Below are positions 1 to 11,176 of a stretch of DNA of 64,000 nucleotides, piece by piece. A program made the position numbers and the translations under genes. The stretch spans positions 310,001 to 374,000 of the forward strand of contig CP089279.1 of the NCBI GenBank assembly GCA_023920165.1. Direction: 5' to 3'. Within the stretch, counting starts at the first letter, position 1. Each line of letters begins with the position of its first letter. Source of the DNA: Curvularia clavata. Taxonomy: Eukaryota. The notes under the pieces were generated by a model. That model was not told where the DNA came from. It searched no databases and saw nothing but the letters and a program-made list of their open reading frames with translations.

Positions 1-2355
1 GCCCCAAGCAACGAACTTGAGCAGGAAGCACAGCTTTTTGAGGCCAACAAGGACCGACAGGCATTGAAGGTGCAAGTTGCGAAGCTCAGCGAGGAGCTCA
101 AGGCTTCGCGAGAGCGCATAGCCAAGCTCGAGGAGGAAGTTGCCGAAGCAAGCGCCTACCTCGATGTCCGCGCTGGTCAAGCACAGCGAGCAGAGTCGGA
201 TGATGTCGAAAACCTACGCAATGACTTGCTGCGCGACCGCCAGTACATTGATCAGCTTGAGCAGGACCTGGCTAGTGCGAGGGAGATTATGGACAGCCAG
301 AAGCGCCGCCTCGATCGGTTACAGGCCGAGGAGGGATCAAAACAAGAGCTGCGTGACCAGCTACAAGTAATCAAGGCGGAGCGCGACGAGCTGAGCCAAA
401 AGGCGAAAGCAAACGAAAATCTCAAGAAGAAAATCGAGTCACTGACCAAGGAGACGAAGCAATTAGAGGCCCTGCGGGAAGACCACCAACAAGCACGTGA
501 GCGGCTGGCACAACTGGAGAATGTCGAGGAGAGAATTGAGGTTCTGCAAAATATCATCAAGGAGAACGGCCAAACACTGGCTAATGGCGAGCAAGCCATC
601 TTCGAAGAGAAGGGTAAGCGGACACGAGTCGAGCACGAAAACCTGATGCTCATGAAGCAACTGGAGCAAACACGCGAGCTGCAATACAAGGCCGAGGATG
701 CTAAACAAGAGCTCGAGGAGCGAATTCGTGAGCTGGAGTCGGCAAACCATGCGGACCGTGGCGACACCCTGGAAGACGAGCTCTCACAAGACGACAACGC
801 AAACCAAGAATCAGAAGTAAAGCACACAGAAGGACGCATCAGCGCAGACGCCATTGCTTTGCAACAAAGAGTCGACATTCTCACTGCCCGGTTAAAGTCC
901 CTGGAAACCGAGACGCTCAAGCAGATGCAGGAAAACCTGGGTCTGCGATCTGATATGATGGCGGAGAAGGATGAGAACAGTCAAAAGTAAGACAATGGTT
1001 GTAAATGCTTTGTTACAACGCTGACATAGTCTCGAACAGGCCCTTCCTTGAGCAGAACGAGAAACTCCAGACAGCTCAGGCAGAACTCGAGGAACTTCGC
1101 CGACGGTTACGAGAGCAGGACCTTCAGATGGCTGAGCTTCGTAACGAATTGAACAGGAGTATGTGACTTGACTTTTTTACAGTAAAACAAACAAGCCAAG
1201 CTAACTTCTCGGTAGAAGCTGATATTGATGACGATGTCCGCGCGGCCAGTATGCAGAAGGAGCATGAACGTCTGCTAGTACTGCAAGAGAGAACCAACGA
1301 CCGACTGCGGGAATTGGAACTTGCAAATGCAGAAAAGGCAGGCCTTTTGCGAGCAGCGTTGCTCGACCGCGAGAACCTCCCGCCAGAACTCCTCGAGCTC
1401 AAGCGGGCAGAGACAATACAGCAAATGCGTGAACGGATAGAGTCAGTTATTAAGGCACCTCCAGAAACACAACCCAAAGTTCTGGACGCGACCAGCTCAG
1501 AGATCGCCGAGACTGTACTCTCGTCGGAAGCGGCCCTGGACAAAGCGAAGAAGGTAAGCAATGAACAGGTCTCTCATGCCAAATCGCCTTCCTCAGCCTT
1601 TGACGCTGCTGTCACTACCATGAAACGATATCGACTTGAGTCTTCGTTTACTCTTGGTACTCCGGTGTTTTCAGCTTCGGCGCAGAGAAGCCACCCTGGG
1701 AAGAAGAAATCGCCCTCCGAGGAGTCTACTTGGACGACGGTCACGGGACAAACTGCACTGGATCGTATGGCGCGGGCAGCCTTGCTGGAGATGAGCAAGC
1801 CGTCAGCAACGTACGATACCGAGTACTACATGGAAGATCCACTTAGTGACTATGTGGCAAGTTTGTCCCTGGCTTGGCTGCCTGAGTATACTTGTCTTGG
1901 CGACATTCATTTTCTTCTCCATCCTCGCACTGCGTTCAAGAGCCTAGGCTGACTGGCATAAACAGGACCTTCAAGAACAGCTCGACATGAACGAATCACT
2001 GCGCGTACAACTTGCACAGGTTAAAGCAGAAACGGCAGAAAAGGGCTCGGTATGCATTCAGCCACCGGATCACACACAACGTCGCATACTAACAGAAAAC
2101 AGGCCGAGCTTCAACAAGAAGTTGACAACCTCCGCCGCGAAAACGCACTAGTCAAATCCATGTGGTACGACATGAACCAACGACTACTGAGCAACACTGT
2201 TATCCTGCAAAGACGCAGCGAAGCACCCAAAGGCTGGCTCGGGAAACAGCGAGCCGCTGTTGGAGGAGGCGCAAGCGTCTTAGTACGTCAGCTCTTCCCT
2301 CCAAATATACTCGATTCAAGTCTTTGCTAACACACCCCTGCAGGGCCGGAGGTAG
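1..2355 (+). CDS. Hook-family microtubule/cargo adaptor (HookA-like), 5'-partial
   Basis: Long coiled coil plus C-terminal 'LVKSMWYDMNQRLLSNTVILQRRSEAPKGWLGKQR', typical of Hook C-termini. Inferred introns 987-1039, 1159-1215, 1554-1965, 2050-2102 and 2283-2343. The last exon encodes GRR-stop. Confidence 0.75.
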
Positions 2356-2749
2356 TAGGAGCCACAGCAATGCCTCAAACGCAAGCGTCGTCGTCGCGAA
2401 CCGACGGACCGCTTGTGTCGTTCCTCTTTATTGTTCATCTTGTCGGGCCCCAGAACCACGTGTGGTTCAGCATAGCGCAGGTTTGGTGGCATTTATATTG
2501 CGTCAAGATGTATAGACGGATAGTCTTTTGTCACTTATACCCACTTTTATTCATTTGCATGTAGCGCAGGAGTTGTTGTTGTTGCTGTTGATGATGACGC
2601 ATACTTGAGTTGGTAGGTCGGCGCTGGTGATGATTGATAAAACAAAAGAGACGGATGCATGTATGTTTTTTTTTCCTCTCTCTCCTCTACTTTTCGCTTC
2701 TTCACTGTCTGTCGAGTTCGATGCATAAAAAAAAAGAATATTGTACATC

Positions 2750-2778
2750 TCAATCAATCAATCAATCAAACAATCAAT
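2750..2778. repeat. (TCAA)n microsatellite in AT-rich intergenic DNA
   Basis: Reads tcaatcaatcaatcaatcaaacaatcaat. Confidence 0.8.
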
Positions 2779-3424
2779 GAAAAAAAAAAGGATATTTGCC
2801 CACTTTACGTACTCATCTTTTTTTTTTTTTACAAACTTCCTGCGTGATACTGATACACGCAGGTCAATCTACCTGCCTCTCTCTCTCTGCAACACTGAAC
2901 AAGGTACATACCATGGTGTTATATAATACACACCTGCCTGTTCTGTTATCCCTACCCTCCCCAAGACCCGGCTATTCCCCATCAGGAAAGCGTCAAGAGC
3001 GACGTGCAATGACAAGACTGGCTTGGCACCTTACTTCGTACTCCCCATTGGGTACACCAAGTGCCTGACGGCATGTGTTACGCGTGATTGACCTCTTGGA
3101 AGCGTGCTGGGAGTGGTACGAGATACTGTTTTTGGTTTGTTTGCTGGGACGAGGGGACGCGGGCGGTTTAATATGTTCGGACCAAGATCCGAGGTGGGCA
3201 TGTACTTATGTGTAATGAAGCGAGTTTTTAGTAGATGGAGTGGAGAGGGAGGGGGTATATATATTTGATTGCTGGGGGACGTTTGATCAGTCTCTTCTTT
3301 GTGCTCTGCTGCTGCTGCTGCTATCTACTGACGCTTTTCTTTTGGCCGTCGTGGTGGTCGTACATTGGACCTCTGAGCTCATTCGTTTGAACACACCTAG
3401 GACAAGAAGAAGAGAAAAAAAAAG

Positions 3425-4708
3425 ATGAAGTCCCTCGCGCTTCTTGCAACCGTATGTGCGAGCACGGCGTTGGCGGGACGAGAGCCGCTGGCGAGAAAGG
3501 AAGTCCAGAATGCGGTGTTTACGATTGAAGTTGCGCCTGGGGAGACGAGGATGATTAGTGAGGATGAGAGGTGGGAGATTGCTACTGTAAGTCCTCGTCT
3601 GTCCTTCTTCCTGCTAGGTCTGGAGATTAACAGTTTTTGAAAAAAAGGGCGGCGGCTGCGGCAGCCACTTCTTCGACATCAGCGAGACACACGCTGAACC
3701 CCTCGCCGTCAAGCGCGGACCCGCCTACCCGCAACAATTCCTCTACTCGGAAAACGTCCGCCGTCTCTTCCCCAAACTCAGCTGGAACACCATCAAAGCT
3801 AATCTAGAGCGCTACTCTGCTTTCCCCACGCGCTTCTCGGAAACGCAATCTGGTGCCGACGCCGCCCAGTGGCTGGTAGGCCAAGTCCAAGATGTCATTA
3901 CCAAGTCTGGTAAAAGCGGTGTGACGGCGACCGCCTTCAAGCATGCCTCGTGGCCTCAGAACTCAGTCATTGCCCGTATCCAAGGAAAGTCGAACCGCAC
4001 GGTTGTAGTGGGTGCCCATCTCGACTCGATTAACAGTGGCGATCGGCTGCGTGGCCGCGCGCCAGGTGTCGATGATGATGGAAGTGGATCGATGCTTTTG
4101 ATTGAGGCGCTGCGTGTGCTGCTCACTGATGATGCGTTTGCGGGGAAGTCGTCTACGCTGCAGAATACGGTCGAGTTTCATTGGTATGCGGCCGAAGAGG
4201 GTGGATTGAGAGGGAGTCAGGATATATTCACGCAGTATCAGAGAGCTGGAAGGGATATCTGGGCTATGTTGCAGCAGGATATGGTGGGTTATACCAAGGG
4301 TACGCTGAATGCGGGTAAGGAGGAGAGTTTTGGATTGATTACGGATTTTACGGATGGTGTGTTGAATGAGTTTGTGGCGAGGGTCATTGGAGAGGTGAGT
4401 TTTTTTTTCCTTTTCTTTTTCTGTTCTTTATCCTTGGGCAGAATGTTTGCAGAGGCTGACCATGAACCATGTAGTACACCGATATCGCCTATGTCAACAG
4501 CACATGCGGCTATGCGTGCTCCGACCACGGATCCGCCATGCGGAGCGGATACCCCGCTTCGTTTGTGTTTGAATCCGCTTTTGAGTACCGCAATCCGTAT
4601 ATTCATACTGCCAACGATACCATGGACCATATAGACCCGGACCACGTTCTCCAACATGGACAGTTGGTGCTGGGTTATCTGTATGAGTTGGGATTCAGCA
4701 AGGCGTGA
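3425..4708 (+). CDS. Secreted leucine aminopeptidase, peptidase family M28
   Basis: Signal peptide MKSLALLATVCASTALA. Zinc-ligand motifs GAHLDS, APGVDDDGSG, AAEEGGLRGS, QQDM and CSDH. Introns about 3587-3647 and 4395-4473. Confidence 0.9.
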
Positions 4709-5020
4709 TAATGTATACAGAGACATTTACGCAACATCCGAGCATTTAGCATGGCGATTCTCATCCGTCAGTGCAGATAGCATACAATCAAGTATATATC
4801 GCTGAACTCAATACCCTCAAAAGCCAACCGCCTCAAACATTGCATCTTGCAGTATACACGAGGTCGGATACGTTCGAATATTATAATAATTATGTGCATT
4901 TGTTACTCTAGCGATATACAGGCTTGACATATACACACTCTCCCCGCAAATCCCTAACATAATCCCCGTCGCACCATTTCGAGGTACTGGCCCACGTTGC
5001 TCCCATCAAACCACAACGAT

Positions 5021-7982
5021 TCAATACTCTGCCAGCCTCAGTCTCCTTCCAATATTCCTGCGTATCACGTCGCGCTCGACGGGTTCGACCTGTGCTCGAT
5101 TGGCATTGAGTGCCTGACGGAGCATACCCGCGTCGAAGAAGCCATCTATGCAGAAAAAGGTCAAAAATCAGTAAAATGAAATCCCAAGAATGTCTAATTA
5201 TCTGGATGCGTTTGATTGTAGCAGGGTATAACAAGTGTAAAGTGATGAAGTCTCGAAAACTCTGGTCTTGCAAGCGATTCGACGATGCTAAAATGCGGGC
5301 TTTGAGAAAGAGAAAAGGAAAAAGAATCATGAAGTAAAGAAAATGGGCTTTTTCTTGGCGGCAGCCGTCCCCTGAGATCCCTGCCTCGCTCGCACCGTCT
5401 TGACGATAGCCATCGGCTTCCTCTGTGAGCTGGACAACACCGCCGTCATGGGCTTGAATGGTGGCGAGTGAGGTGGGGTCGGTGGAAGAACCATACATGG
5501 GGGAGTAGAAGGAGAAGAAGAACCAGCGCTCGAGACTTCATCAAGGGAGAGAAAGGAAGGGGGGGAAGGGGGAGTCCTACATCCACCAAGACCATCGTCT
5601 TCTTCGTCATCTGCTACGCTTTCCGATGGCGTTTGTTGTTTGGCTCCGTCGCCCAGGATAATTCGTCCCCTACTCTTCACACGAGTAGCGAGTGGTCTGT
5701 CTTCTGCTTCACGTGCACGCGTGGCCGTCTTGTCGGTAGAAGTGCCACGACGTTTTATCTGTCGTAGTAGTTTGCGGATTTCGAGAAAGTATGACTCGAG
5801 CGCGTCAATGTATCGGCTTGTTTGTCGGTGTTTGGAAGATGCGCAAATGGAAATGCTGCCGTCTTTGATAATGTAGCCAATACCAAAGCCCTCAGCAGAC
5901 GTAGGACCAAAGCCAAATTGACGAAGGGAAGGGTTTCCACAATTTGAAGTTGAGAGGATGGTTTGGTTAATCTTGTCCCAGCCGGCGTCTGCGAAAAGGG
6001 CGGGCATTGAGTGCTGTACAGGACCAGGCGGTGGTGAGCTGGAAATGGAGCCGTTCTCTGAAAGACCTGAATTACGGTTGGGTGATGCGACGCTCGAAGC
6101 ATCAGGGCTGGATGGCCGCGTGGAGTCCCAGCCATCACTACTGAGTACCTCTTGAGACTCATCGATGGCACGCTGCCAAATGCAATACAAGGCATAGAGG
6201 TGCCTATCCGGGCCTTGTGCCTTTGAGCAAATCTTCGTGTTCTCTGTGTGCTTTTGGCATGCTTTGCGGAGTGCGTCAATCTTTTGGGTAGCGGGATTCT
6301 CTCCCCAAAATATCTTAAGGAATTCCACTGACTCCTCGGTGACTGGGCGAATAGCTTCAGTTCGTCCATGGTAGTAAATCTTAGTCATGGCAGGTTCATA
6401 CACACACTCGACCCTTCCATACAAGCCATAGTAAGCGGCCTGGAAAGCCATTTGGACAAAAGCGTCTGGCGAGAAACCCATAGAGGTCATGAAATTCTTT
6501 CCGTAATGCGGGAATTCGAGGGTGGCAAACTCATTCTGCTGGATGAGGTCTGCTAGTCGTGTCTCGGCGAAACGCAGGGCTGTACCTAGTTCGGGGACCA
6601 TGTCCCACTCGAGCTTGTGCGGCGTAGTTTGAACGTCGCCAAAGCTGTCAGGGTCACGCTTCGCAGGGTCGGGACTTGAAGAAGCCCACAGACTGGGAGC
6701 GCTTCCGTTGATAGTCCGCGCAAAGCGAAGAATCGTGTCTGTGTATACGTCGGAAGCGAATCGAAGAACAGTGTGTCCATCGACGCCAGTGTGCTCAAAG
6801 TTGATACCTGCACTTCCGTTCTTGCAAACAATGATCTGAAGCTTGTCGTACCAGCGGTTCGTACATGTGCCAACCTGGACCCCGCGCTCAATCTTGCTCG
6901 TACCACAGAGCATGTTCATGCAAAGATCGGCGCCAGTTTGAGGTTCGGTGTAGTCAAGACACAGCACGAACAACGCCGAATCGACAATATTCAGACAATC
7001 AGAGTTGTTTGATCCTTCTTCCCTGTGTAACACGTCGCGCAGGCCAGCCCAGACCTTTCGGTTTTCTGTGCTCAGCACGCCTATTGCACCCTTGGCAGCT
7101 TCCTGAATTGGCACCTCTTGGGCATCATCGACAATTACTTGGAGATTGAGGGCAATATCCTTCTCTGTCATAATTAAGTCATGATTGTCGTCCATAACAT
7201 CAAACCAGTAGATTTGGCCATGGCACATGACGACAATGTGCTTCGAGGTAGGGTCCTGGCCAATTTGGCATCCGTGTTCTGTCGGGATCCTAGCGGTACC
7301 GAACAAGCGCGAGTACTGATACATGCACAGGGGCTGGCCGCGAACGGTGTCGGGGGGCAGTTCTTCTCGACGAACGGCCCTAACAAAGGCAAGTGCGGAG
7401 ACTACCAAGGATGCTGCGCGAGTGACTTGGTTGTTACGAGCCGGGGTGGGGTCATCCTCCAGTAAGAAGAATGGATTTAGATTGAGCACCACGGGGTTAT
7501 CGAAATTGAGATACGAGTCGTACCCTGATAAGGTCAGCGCAGGCACGAGGAGACTGAAAGCATGGCAACCGCTTACAAAACTGTTCAATGTAGTTTGCTT
7601 TTCCACTGGCATATTTTTTGAGTTTCTCCTGCAGTACCGGGCCATCAGACTTGAGAAAATCTTCCACGGCGTGCACCGTGTCACTGTGCTCTTTTGGAGT
7701 CTGCAGCGGCTTAAGAGCGGCTATGTACTTCTTGCATGAGCTATCAAGCTCGGGAATAGGAAGTTTTGGGAGATTGTCTTGATGGGCAAATGTGATGCCT
7801 GGCCTGGAGTCAGGATTGGTATGGTTTGCCAACGGAGCCTGTGCTTCGGCCGGGTATGATTGTGTGCTGTTTCTCGCGGATTCTTGGGAGCGAACAGCGG
7901 CTGGTTCATCACCAGACATTTTGGAAGCCTTTTGTAATGTATCCTCCAAAGACGAAGGTTGTGTGAATTTGCGGACTGCCAT
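5021..7982 (-). CDS. Carnitine O-acetyltransferase (FacC/Yat1-type)
   Basis: Motifs LPKLPIP, NRWYDK, FEHTGVDG, SPDAFVQMAFQ, GRTEAIR and LSTSN. Introns 7525-7576 and 5146-5580. The last exon encodes YGFFDAGMLRQAL...RLRLAEY. Start is the ATG at 7982, or at 7919 if a 5'UTR intron (~8324-7976) is spliced. Confidence 0.9.
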
Positions 7983-9104
7983 GGCAAGGAGTGTCAGTTA
8001 GGCATAGAGGGGAGAAATAGAGGTAGCGATGTTGAGATGCCGCAAGGCACTGCGATAAAAGTAGTGGCAGTCTTGAAAGCAGTAGGCCGGCATAGGTACT
8101 CAAAGGTTGCCAAGAGTGTGGAGGTACAAGATAATGGGGAGAGTGCTCTTATTCTAAAACCCAGGACGGACGGAGAAAAACTAGTGCCAAGAGGGGTATG
8201 AACCTGGCACCTGAGCATGTGAAAGACACGGCGGGCTTTGAAACCCAGGGCAAGAGGTCGACCGCTGACTCGGTACGTGACCCGTCGAGAGGCAGACAAG
8301 AGAGGTGAATGACCCGAGACTTACCTGATGGTTTGAAAAGGGCTTAGACCGCTGACAAGGAGGTAAGAATGGTTATCCGGGCGTGTAGGAACTTGTCGAG
8401 CTGGGGCAGTCAATGTGGTGTTCTGGTGCTACGACTTACTAGCTTGGCGTGAGGGTGCTGCTGCGGTGCCCAAGATGCAGCACGACGAGGGATAAAAGGC
8501 CGGAAAAGCTCAGCCGCGGGTCAAAAGAGCAAATGAAGTGAGAGGAAAAGAGATTCGGTCGTGAGGATACGGCCGGCGCGTAAGGCTGTTCTTCCGAGGA
8601 GAAGGGTCAGTGGGTCGGCGAGGGACCAGCTCATAGAGCTACGGACGAGTGGAAGTGTCAGCGGCAGCGCGTGAGCGAGCTTCTAGAATAGTACCAGCCG
8701 CATACGCAGCCCGGCTTGTCAGGAAGACCCGGTGTGTCTATGAGAGCAAGGTGGCACGACGACGGACCGCGAGATTTGGGATCAACATTGTAGTGGTCGC
8801 CTGATACAGCCTTTGTCTCTCTGTCTGCCTCTGTCATGGGAGCTCTGGCGGGGTGTGGCGTGGCGGGCGTGGCTGATGGATGCCAAGGCGTGGAGAGGCG
8901 GGGCTTCAAAGTGACGTAGCGTGTGCGCATGGAGAAACGGAAACGGAAGCGCCATCGGGACCGGAACAACTCGTTCGGGAACAGTCTCAACGCCCAACTA
9001 TTGTGTTGCCCATCTACTATCTCCATACAGGACACCAACCACCAAATAATCACGCGCCGAGCCTTGTCCGCCCGCCTGCCACCGATGCTGGGCGTCCTGG
9101 GCCC

Positions 9105-10489
9105 ATGACGGATCTGCTGCAGGTGCTGCCTGACTTGGACGCCAAACCCTTTTCCCATCTGCTGCCCTCGCTCGACAAGGCCCTCATCACCACTAATGAC
9201 TTGCTCACTTTGGATGCTGCGGCCGTTGCCAAACGCGCCCAGCTACCTGCTGGCGAACTGAGGAAGCTCGCAGATGCCGTGGTTGCTGCCCTACACCAAC
9301 AGCTTGGCTTCGGACCAGAGGAACCAGCCCCCACCCCCCAAGGCGACTGGGCCTGTATAAGCACCCTCGATGACGAGCTCGACGCGGCCCTAGGCGGAGG
9401 CATCCCGCGTGGGTACCTGGTCGAGGTTACTGGTGAGAGGTCCGTTTTGCCTGCTCATTATCCTATCTCCCGGTACGCCTGTGCTGACAGCTTCCATCCA
9501 GTGGCGCTGGCAAAACCCAGCTGTTGCTGACCCTTCTTCTCGCCTCACAGCTCAAGCCGCCCCACGGGTTTGCAAAGTCGGCTGTCTATATCTCCACCGA
9601 GGCTGTCCTGTCTACCACCCGTCTTGCCCAGCTGCTCTCCAACCACCCGGCCCTGGCTTCTCTCCCTGCTGCCGAAAAGCCTTCGCTATCGCGTATCCTC
9701 AGCATTAAAACGCCCGACCTTGAGTCGCAGGAGCACATTCTGCGCTACCAATTGCCTGTGGCCATTAAGAAGCACAATGTAGGCCTGGTGGTCCTCGATT
9801 CGGTTGCTGCAAATTATCGTGCCGAGTTTGACAAGGAAGGCGCTAGAAATGGCGCTGCTGCGTCTATGGCGCGCCGCGGTACACAGCTGGTGCAACTCGG
9901 TGCCTTACTGAGAGAGATTGCGCGTACAGAGGACATTGCCATTGTTGTTGCAAACCAGGTTGCCGATCGCTTCACCAGGGCCCCATTTTCTGCCTATTCC
10001 TCCTCTTCTTCAAACACTGCTTCACGGACCACTTCCACAAACAGCCAGGGTACTGCTCGCACTCTCTCTACTGACGGTCAAACCAACGATACCGCGCTCC
10101 ACCCACCAATGCAGCAAGACCAACCACTACTGCTCTCACCCGATCCACTATCTCTAGACCACCAACAGGCCTGGTTCACTGGTTGGGGTGACTCGCCATA
10201 TGAGCAGCTACATGTCCAAAAGACACCCTCGCTCGGCCTTGTCTGGACTAACCAAATTGCATGCCGCATCGCATTGAAGAAGCAGCCTGTCTTTGCCACC
10301 AGGCCTCTCATTCACACCGTCAACGGCCAAGACGAATGGGCCGATCAAGACAGCCACATATCAAAGTGGCGGCGCTGGTTCAAGCTTGTGTTTGCCCCCT
10401 GGGCCCCTCCATCGCCGGGCCGCGGCATCGAGTTTGAAATCCAGAAGAGTGGCATCAGACATGTCGGCAAGGAGAACATCAAGAAATAA
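9105..10489 (+). CDS. RAD57: Rad51 paralog DNA repair protein Rad57/XRCC3
   Basis: Motifs ISTLDDELDAALGGGIPRGYLVEVTGE|SGAGKTQ (Walker A across intron 9440-9500), VYISTE, LVVLDSVAANYRAE (Walker B), VVANQVADRF and PSLGLVWTNQI. Confidence 0.88.
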
Positions 10490-10656
10490 AGCGTCAAATA
10501 AATATACCAGGCTCGATATCATATCAGGAAATCTTTGCCACTGATGTCGTGAATCTGGGTGTGACATATTCGTGATTAACCTCTTGCTTTTTCAAGTCTA
10601 GTAAACGTCTGAATCAGATAATGTAAAAAATCTATATCACACTTGTTTTTGCGCAA

Positions 10657-10733
10657 TGGCCGCGAGAGGGATTCAAACCTTGCAACAAGGGAAACATACT
10701 TAGTCAATCTATAGCTATTCAACTAAATATAGC
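10657..10733 (-). pseudogene. Decayed tRNA-like sequence (tRNA pseudogene or SINE head)
   Basis: Minus strand reads gctatatttagttgaatagc...caaggtttgaatccctctcgcggcca: a T-loop/B-box-like GGTTtGAATCC followed by an acceptor-like 3' end. The 5' part is degraded. Confidence 0.35.
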
Positions 10734-11176
10734 AAAACCACGTGTATATGTGACCTAGGTGTGGGGAGAAACAGAAAATGGTCTAAGAGATCTAATTCAC
10801 GTTGGAACAACGTGCAGCTCATGTAAGCATAGACCTGTCCCGCGACACAGTGTGTCTCTGCACTTAGGAACGCCCCTTAGCCTTACAATATGAATGACAC
10901 ACTACTGTACTTACTTACTGTAAATTGCTTCGCCTTAACCTATAGGAGACATAGGTAGGCCTAATCGAGCATACGCTCGCTTCGAACTGTATAACATCGA
11001 CTTGACGATTCCATCACGTAAGAAAAGACACTAGATAGATTGAACTGAAAATCTAAACCATAGATAGTTTACAACGCAATAGAAGCGGCAACTGAACCAT
11101 ATCTAAAAAGACGAACAGGGCATAAAAAGCACAACAAGCAGGGCGGTACCTGGCCTTCTATAGCCCTAGAAACTGT

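Noticed and set aside
252..920. 222-aa antisense ORF, and similar antisense ORFs inside other genes
   Set aside because: Shadow frames of real coding exons caused by codon bias.
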